From NCBI RefSeq assembly GCF_009914755.1, contig NC_060927.1: a DNA stretch of 64,000 nucleotides. The stretch is one strand, 5' to 3'. Under the pieces are notes generated by a model that was not told where the DNA came from, did not search any database, and saw nothing but the letters and a program-made list of their open reading frames with translations. Below, one piece after another: positions 54,650 to 64,000 of this stretch. The stretch is from the human T2T-CHM13v2.0 reference genome, Homo sapiens. Each line of letters begins with the position of its first letter. Within the stretch, counting starts at the first letter, position 1. A program made the translations under genes and the position numbers.

Positions 54650-55499
54650 CTGAAGCCCAAATGATAAGAAACGGCTTCTTTGGTATGTGCATTCTGCAGT
54701 AGAAACCTACTTGAGGCTTTGTAATTTAGTACCAGGGCAGATGTGTAGCTTTTCCAAGGTCTCCAGGAAGACACAGAATTGAACCCAGTGCTCCTCACCC
54801 TGGGCAGGCAGCTTGGTGCAGCAGAAAGAACATAACGTTTTAGCTTCAAATCTAAGCCTTGCTGCGCAGAAGATGGGCTGCAGTCTGTAAATAACTTAAC
54901 TTCTGTGAGCCTCAGTTTGTTCATTTACAAAATGCAGATGAGCTACAGAAATGACATGTGATGATATTCAGGTTACCTATGTAAAATACCTAGCTCAGGC
55001 CTGGCCCATACTGGAGAGGTAACAAATACAGTTCTATTATTGTTTCTGCTACACTGTGTCATAACCTTAAGCCATCAATAAAAGGTTAAATTGTGATTGG
55101 TATCCTCTGTCACAGAAGACAGGAGAGTATGTTATCTTTTAAATAGATTTTTAGCTTTATATGATAAGAGGCAAATATCTTGGTGGTTACAGGGATGAGT
55201 ATTAGGTATTCAGAATGCTTGATTATCCGGAACTATTCCTCAAAGATTATCAATAGTTGAGATTACAGTGTCAACATTTTGTGTCCTCTGAACTGTTTTC
55301 AATTTCTATTCTCCTTTTTTAGTTTTTCATTCCAAGAACTCCAGTTCTCTCATAGATGCCCCATGGGAGTGGAGCTCCTCTCAATGACTTTCTTTTTTAC
55401 TATTTTTTTTTCTGTATTTTCCAAAATGTTCATGATTAATAATGAATGCGTATTACTCTTACACCAAGAAAAGTCATCCTAGAATCTACTAAGAGGTCG

Positions 55500-56230
55500 G
55501 TGAAATTGGCTATTCGATCATTGCTGATCTTGATGGAAGGTGTTTGAGTGACAGTGATAGATGGCAGACTGCATGAGTGGAGGAGTGACTGGAAAGTGGG
55601 GGAGCAAAGCTATGTGTGGATGAGAATTTGAAAAGGGAGCTGGGTCTTTTGAAGCCTTTTTTAGGGTAGGAGAAGATGTGGGTGTATTTATAGGTGGGGA
55701 GGAAGTAGCTCTTGGAAGGGTGAGATTCAAAATAAAGACAAGAGAGCAAGGCCTGGGAAGAGGTATGAGGGATCAGGTTTGAGGCCCACGTAGGGGAAGG
55801 TTACCCCGGTACAGGAGGGCTGAAAGCTCTGCCTCTGGGACAGGCAAGAAGGAGGGAAGTTAGGGCCATGATAGTTAAGTTTAGAGGAAGAGGGGAGAGA
55901 AGTTAAGGAGTTGCTGTCTGACAGCATATTTTCTTTGGGAAAAATGATCTCAACTGCTGAGATTGAGGCAGACAACTGAAGAAAGGGCTTATGGAGAGAG
56001 TGTGGAGCTGTCAACATGAAGAATAAAAAAGAGTATTAAATGGGGATCAGTGAAATCATTGCCAGTTAGGGATGACGGTCAAGGTGGAGAGAAAATGGGG
56101 ATAGAGAGAGAGCCGTGAGTTAATAAAGGTTTTTGAAGTGGGGAGCAGTGTCATGACAAAGGGATTTTAGGAAATTTTAAAAAGTGGTGGTATACCAGAT
56201 GGTAGAAATTAGCTTTCTCACATTCTAGGG
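55500..56230 (-). mobile_element. Probable L2 internal fossil
   Basis: Long purine-rich decayed tract typical of antisense L2. Confidence 0.45.
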
Positions 56231-56739
56231 TGATTGGTAATGGCATGGAGGAGAGATGTCCAGCAGGGACCTTTTGAAGGAAGACCATCTGCACCTTTAT
56301 AATAAGGAAGATGCCTGGAAGGCAGCAGGAGCTTCTTGGGACTCCTTTGCATTTTGTTGTTGCCGGTGTTGCCTAGGAAAGTTCTGCACCTTGGTGATAA
56401 AAACTGGTTCTGGTTTCCATTTTTCCCATACTTGTGAGCCGACCTCATAGTGTTACTTTGGAGACACCAGCACGAGCCAGCTGTCCCCCCTCCTCAGAGA
56501 TCTGAGTTTCAGCTACGTGGGTCCCTCCTCTGAGTTCAGAGGCACCAGCAGTGACAAAGAGCCCCCAGCCTGGCTTCAGCTCAGCAGGGCCTCCCTTCTA
56601 AGCTTCTAGATCCAGATCATGCTGCCTCTTCCCTTAGTTCCCCTAGCCCTGGGAATGGTGGCTGCTTCTTGCAATTACATGTATTCACACTTTACCTGGA
56701 TAGTCTTCCAATACCTGTTTAACCAGTTTCTTAAGTTAA

Positions 56740-58143
<1,404 letters not shown>

Positions 58144-58944
58144 CCACCTTCAGCCCGTAATGAACAGAAATTAGAGAAAACTGTGCTTAAATTAACCACT
58201 TCTAGGTTGGTGTACTTGGGCAAGTAGCTTAATCTCTCAAAGCCTCCATTTTAATCCTTTATAAAATGGATATGGTAATTCTTATTTCAAAGATTAGATA
58301 GTACTTTTTTTTAATTCCAAATTCTTCTCTTTCTCCTTTTTTATTTTCCAGGAGAAGGTAGAACACGTTGCTCCTCCTCTTGCCCTGCTCACTCTCTTAT
58401 TCTTACTCTATTTAGATTAAAAAGAAAATAAAGTTTGTTTGCTCATAATTTACTTTGAGCCTTGACTGACAAGGGCTGTACTGATCTCTGGAAATCCATA
58501 CCTCCACTCCCAGCTCTGCAACCTCTCATTCTAATTTAAGTGCTATCATCAGGGCTTCCTCCCTGCCTGCCTTTGCTCTGTAACTCATTTCTCTCTTCCC
58601 TTTGGCACAACCCAGGCGTGGGCTCTATTAGAAACACCTCTTTGCCAAGCAAATCCTGGCCAAGTTTCTCATTGCTAACTGCACTCCTGCCTCTCCATGG
58701 AGAGTGCTTTTCCACACACCACGTTGTTTAGAAAGCCTTGTTCCTGGAAGCTGACAAGCTGTGAGTTGCTTAAAATGTAGTAATTTACCTGTGAATAACA
58801 AAACTAAATATAGTCATGCAATATACAGTATTTGGAAACAGAAGAGCATTGTTTAAACAAGATTTTGAATAGTTCCCTCCTTAGGAATATGGTAAATGGC
58901 CTCAGCAAAATCTGTATTTTATATTTTGAAAAGAAATAGGATTT

Positions 58945-59700
58945 TTTCTCAAATTTTAATGTGAATAGGAATTACCTGGGCATCTTGTTAAATGCAGCTT
59001 CTGATTCAAAAGTTCTGGGGTAGAGCAAAAGATTGGTCTGTGCATCTAAAATTTTCCCAGGTGATGTTGCTATATCTGCCCACCAACAACACTTTGAATA
59101 GCAGAGCTTCAGAGATCATAGGACAGAGCTTCTCAATCCTGACTACACATTAGAATCATCGGGAGTTCTTTTAACAAATATCAATGCCTGGTTTCCAACA
59201 TCCAGAGGTTCTGATTTAATTAATCTGTGATCTGAGTCTTACACTCAGGTTACTGTCTTTTTTTAAAGTGATTCTAATATGCAGCCCAGGTGGAGAATCA
59301 TTGCTCTAGTCCATTGCTCTTTAACTTTAATATGTATAGAATAGCCTGAGGATCTTGTTAAAATGCATACCCTGATTCAATAGCTCTGGGCCAGAGCCCA
59401 AGATTCTGCATTTTTAAAATGCTTTTAGGTCATACTCAGGCTGCTGGTTAACGGACCACATTTTTGAGTAGGAATGGTCTAATTCGGCATTTCTCAACCT
59501 TGACACTATTGACATTTGGGGCCAGATAATTCTTTGTTGTAGAGGGGCTGTTCTGTGCATGCGCTGGCCTCAACCCACCTAGATGCCAGTAGTAACCTCC
59601 TACTACCACCACCACATGAGATAACCAAATATGTCTCCAGACATTGTCAGATATCCCCAGGGTGAGGGGTGCAAAATCACTACTATCACCACCAACGTCA
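58945..59700. mobile_element. Cluster of hAT-Charlie MITEs (three MER5-like and one MER20)
   Basis: ATCTTGTTAAA(A)TGCA...CTGATTCA; GTGATTCTAATATGCAGCC; ACTATTGACATTTGGGCCAGATAATTCTTTGTTG. Confidence 0.82.
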
Positions 59701-59850
59701 CCTGCTGTGCTGGCTTGATTCATCCTTCTCATTTTACTGGAAATAGGTCCAAAAAGTCCAGTGTTACAATGTCTCCATCTTTAAAGATCTCAGAACCTCT
59801 AGGTATTTGAAAGCTGACAGATTACAAAGCTGACAGCTGCCTTAACAGGG

Positions 59851-60343
59851 TGTGGTAGATAGAAGAATGCACCCCCCACCCCCAGAGAGATATCTATATC
59901 CATGTTCTAATTTCCCAAACCTGTGAATGTGTTACTTTACATGGCAAAAGATGCTTTGCAGATATGACTAAGTAAAGGATCTTGAGATGGGAAAATTATT
60001 CTGGATTATCCAGATTGGCCCAAGGGTCCTCATAAGAGGGAGACAGGGTGTCTGAATAAGAGGAAGAGAAGTGACAAAGCAGAGGTCAGAGAACTAGTGA
60101 TTAGAAGATGCTATGCTGTTAGTTTTGAAGATGGTGGGAGGGGCCACAAGCCGAAGAATGCAGGCAGCTTCTAGGAGCTGAAAAGGTCAGGGAATGGATC
60201 CTCCCGTAGAGCCTCCAGAAGAAATACAGCCCTGATGACACATTGGTTATAGCCCAGTGAAACCCATTTCTGTAAGAGAATAAATTTATGTGTTAAGTCA
60301 ATAAGTATGTGGTAAATTGCCACTGCAGCAATAAATTTACACA
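59851..60343 (+). mobile_element. MLT1D-like MaLR LTR
   Basis: TTACATGGCAAAAG...GGATCTTGAGATGGG...AGCCCAGTGAAACCCATTT. Confidence 0.88.
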
Positions 60344-61362
60344 TAGGGGAATGTGATAAGAAGATAAACGATCTTATGTTGTGGGGAAGCAGAAGTAAGG
60401 TTGTACTTGGGTAGAATAGAATATAGGGAATGGGAAGGTGATTAAGGCAACTGAACAGACCCTGAGTTGAAAGGGAGAACTGATAATGCTGTTCAAAATT
60501 AAGAGTAATGAATGGAAAATTCCATGGGGACCAAGGCAGGACTAGTCGGAGCAGATGGGCAAGGTGGGAAGATTATGTGGGAGAGCATTGGCTGCATGTG
60601 TGGGGCCAGAGAGCATCAGTGTACTGCTTCCATGTTGCGGCCCAACATGCTTGGACAGGGCTTTGTGGTCCTTGGTGTTTGCTGCCTCTTAGAATAATCT
60701 GAGAGGAGTGTAAAACTCCTGCAGCTCAGGCTGCACCCGTACCAACAAAGTCAGAATCTCTGGGGACATAGTCATTTTTAAAACTTTGTGTGATTCTAAT
60801 GTGAAGCCACATTTGAGAACCAGTGCTTAAGAAGGTAAACAGTGAGGGACAGACCAATAAATGCATGAACTCAAATTAACTTGTTTCTAGAATAACGGTT
60901 CTTTGGCACTTTTGAGGTGGCTACTTTCTTGCAGGGAGTGATGAAGGTGGGAAACCTGGTACCACCTGATGTAGCTGCAGGTGTTGGAGTGAGGATGAGC
61001 CCCAGGTTGTATGTAGTGGTGTCCAACGACAAGGCAGGGGGCCCCTCAGCAGTAGGGCAGGGGAATGGGGAAGAGAAGCTGGGAATATTGGAGGCCAGGG
61101 CTGAGAATGAGGCTACTTATCTAAATCTTGTCACCCAGAAAAATGTGAGGAATTCATACATGTGCTGGACTGAGGTCAACATCAAGGAAGAAGGGGGAAA
61201 GTCTCCAGAAAGCCATGAACCACCATATCCTTTAGCTGATTAACTTTCACTGGTAGTTCAGGGTGTATCTTAGATATGCCTCTTTCAGGAAGCCTTTTCT
61301 AACCCGCAAGCCTGAGTTAGATCCTCCCTTTTGAAGCCTTTTCAAATAGCCTGAACTCTATT

Positions 61363-61467
61363 CACTAGATGCCAGTAGCACTCCCCAATTTGTGACAACC
61401 AAAGATGTCTCCAGACTTTGTCAGGTGTTTCCTGGGGACAAGATCACTACCGGTTGAGAACCACTGG
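61363..61467. mobile_element. MER20 half-element
   Basis: CACTAGATGCCAGTAGCA...GTGACAACCAAA...GGTTGAGAACCACTG followed by GTCTAGAG. Confidence 0.8.
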
Positions 61468-62469
61468 TCTAGAGTAATATAACGTGTGCACATCAGACAC
61501 GGTCAGTTCTGTAGAGTCAAGTAAGGGTTCCTTCTTGTTGCCTCAGGACCTTATTTTTCTTTCATTCTCTTTCTCCAACTCAGACACTCACTTGGGGGTT
61601 GGAAGTTAATGATGTGGCTTCTACAGAAGCAGTGATTATGTCTATGCTGCTTTTTTTTTTTTAAAGTCATATTCTCAGTCCTGTAGAACTGGGACTCTTT
61701 CCATGGCTTATTCCATGCAGGGAAAAATGCCTCCTTCCTGAGTGGGAGCCCCTCCCTGAGGTGCACCACAGCTCCTGTAAAATCTTGAGGATGTGGGGAG
61801 TAGCTTGGACCCTTCAGAGAGGGTTGGTTTGCTTAGTGGTGGGATGGTTCTGAGGAACCATCTCATAGCTGGTACAAGTGCCAAATAAGAGACTTCTTCT
61901 GAATCTCCACACATTAACCCTTTTATTTTGTGCTTGGAAAATATGTGCTGAGCTAACCACACAACAATAGCTCCAGACAGGCCAATGAGTGATGTTTCTC
62001 AAGATAGATTTAATCAAATGCTGCACATAATTTGAAGTCTTAAAATGAATTCCTTCTGCTTTCCAGTCTATGGGAGCATGATAAATAAAGCCATGAGAGG
62101 AACTCAGAGCGGGTGAATGTATGTCATCCCATAACAATGCTGGGAGAATGTTTGGAAATCCTCCCTTCAGGGTTCAAGTTGGGATGCAGGAAAGGCTGGT
62201 TTCTCTCCCTATATCCCTTCCTGAATCTCCCAGAATATCTGCCATGCCTAGAAAAACCTTCTTTAGTTCATTGTGAACAAGAAAGGCAGCTCATCTAAGA
62301 AAACATTGCCTCTTCTGTGTTTAGGGTACTCAGCATCTCATTTTTCACTATGCCTCATGATGAAATACTCATTATAATATGAAAGGGGCCACAGTTTGAA
62401 AGTAGGAAACATGGAAGGGGCTGGTGGTCCCTAGGAAGGTGATGAAAGTGAGTAAATGTGCACTTGATC

Positions 62470-62940
62470 CTGTCATCACTGAACATTTATGGGGCTTCCA
62501 CCATGTTCCAGACTCTGTGCTAAGTACAGGAGATGTAGGTAAAAAAGATAAAGTTTGGAATTACCAGTTGGTGGAAGGAGGCAAAAAAGTAAATAGCTGA
62601 CTGCCAGCCAGAGTGAGAAGCTTAATGACAAGTAAGGGGTGCTGTGGGAACACATAGGGGTAACCTCAGTGAGATGGGGTCAGGGAGCATGTCCCAAAGG
62701 AAGTATCTTATAAGCAGATGAAAGCTATCCAGGTGAAGGACCTGGATGATGGGATGGGTGGGAATGGGAATTTCTGGCTAAGGGCAATTTAGAAGCCCAG
62801 AGGGAAGAGAGAAGCCATGAACAGGAAGCAATTTAGTCTGGCTGGAGTAGACAAGGTCAAGTGGGATGTGCATGGCGGAATCCATGTAAGGAAGGTGGCT
62901 GTTTCGTTTCATGAAGACCAGGAGCCAGCTTGAGGCCAGG
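62470..62940 (-). mobile_element. L2 3' fragment
   Basis: ACATTTAT...CTGTGCTAAGTAC...GGGGTCAGGGAGC words. Confidence 0.55.
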
Positions 62941-63867
62941 TCCGGGAACACAGATATCCCCACCATTGAAGCCCACCTTAGCCTCTGCAAGAAATCCCCT
63001 GGGCTTTCTGCTGGCTCCAAATCCCGGGATCAGAAAGAAGATGCAAATCAGGATCAGTAAGAAGCTAAGAGGCCTACAGTGAGGTTTTGTGTCTTGGCAG
63101 GTGGTGGAGTTGAATTTCCTGAACTCTCTGTGTGGGCATAGATGTGTTTAGTCACACTGTGGCTTGAGGGCTGATTTGAACCTACCTCAAGCAGGTGCTC
63201 TGTGGGAATAGTTAGGTGGGGGTTGGCAGGATAACTCATTTTATTAAACAAAAAAAAAAGGCCGGGGGGTGGGGCTTCTTCCTATCAAAACAGGGGAAGG
63301 AATGAATAAATTATTGATGCTAATTAGAGATAGGCAATGACAAACCTGGAGTTTCTGCCAATCATCAGCATATAAGTGGATAGTGCCAGCCTAAAGGTGC
63401 AGACTCAGGATGCCCCACCTTGATGCCAGGTGTCACCAGCTCTTCTCCAGTGTGGCTGAGCCCATGATCTCACTAGGCCCCTGAAGAGATCCCCACTCGG
63501 CACTCTAAGGTCAGACTGGGCCACCTTCCTGAGGTGCGCCTGCTCCTGCACAGCTGGGTCTCACACAGGCCTGCTCTCCATTCCTCAGGATCCCACCTGT
63601 CATCCACTGCACAGGACTCCTAATAGAATTCCATCAAATTTCAGAGCCAGATGGAGCTTGCGGAGTGTATTATTCAAGTTCTTCATTTAACAGCTGAGGA
63701 AACACAATTTACAGCTGAAAGCATTGGTAGAAGCCATTATCTGCTATGCGGGCTGAGTCACAGAGGAAGCCAGGCAGCAGCAAGAGAGGCCATGAAGCAG
63801 AGAGATGCTCAGAAAGGAGCAGAGAAGAGCAATTGTGAAAGACGATCCCCAGGTTGCCTGGATCCAT

Positions 63868-64000
63868 TTGCTTTTGTTTTCGTTTTTGCTTTTGTTTTTT
63901 GATACAGGGTCTCACTCTGTCACCCAGGCTGGAGTGCAGTGGTGTAATTATAGCTCAATGCAGATTTGACCTCCCAGGTTTAAGCCATCTCCTGCCTCAG
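63868..64000 (-). mobile_element. Alu (AluJ-like), cut by the window edge
   Basis: T-rich tail then ACAGGGTCTCACTCTGTCACCCAGGCTGGAGTGCAGTGG. Confidence 0.92.

Overview
Human (primate) genomic DNA containing the 5' half of FSTL1 (follistatin-like 1) on the minus strand. The gene elements are a CpG-island promoter, non-coding exon 1 (~38474-38573), a 150-nt intron 1, signal-peptide exon 2 (38261-38323), a 34.7-kb intron 2 and coding exon 3 (3498-3602); the gene continues past the left edge. About 25 kb of repeat-rich upstream sequence follows, with no other credible gene. Almost all ORFs in the supplied track are spurious. I found no wholly new biological system. The strongest observation is a young, short-VNTR SVA retrotransposon antisense in intron 3 that carries a ~96-bp 3'-transduced segment with its own AATAAA and second poly(A), all inside a 17-bp target-site duplication. 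Also notable are three diverged local direct duplications, a Kozak context assembled by splicing, a MER41 LTR with one intact STAT (GAS) site, and several candidate enhancer motif clusters. Repeat subfamily names come from recalled consensus sequences and repeat boundaries are approximate.
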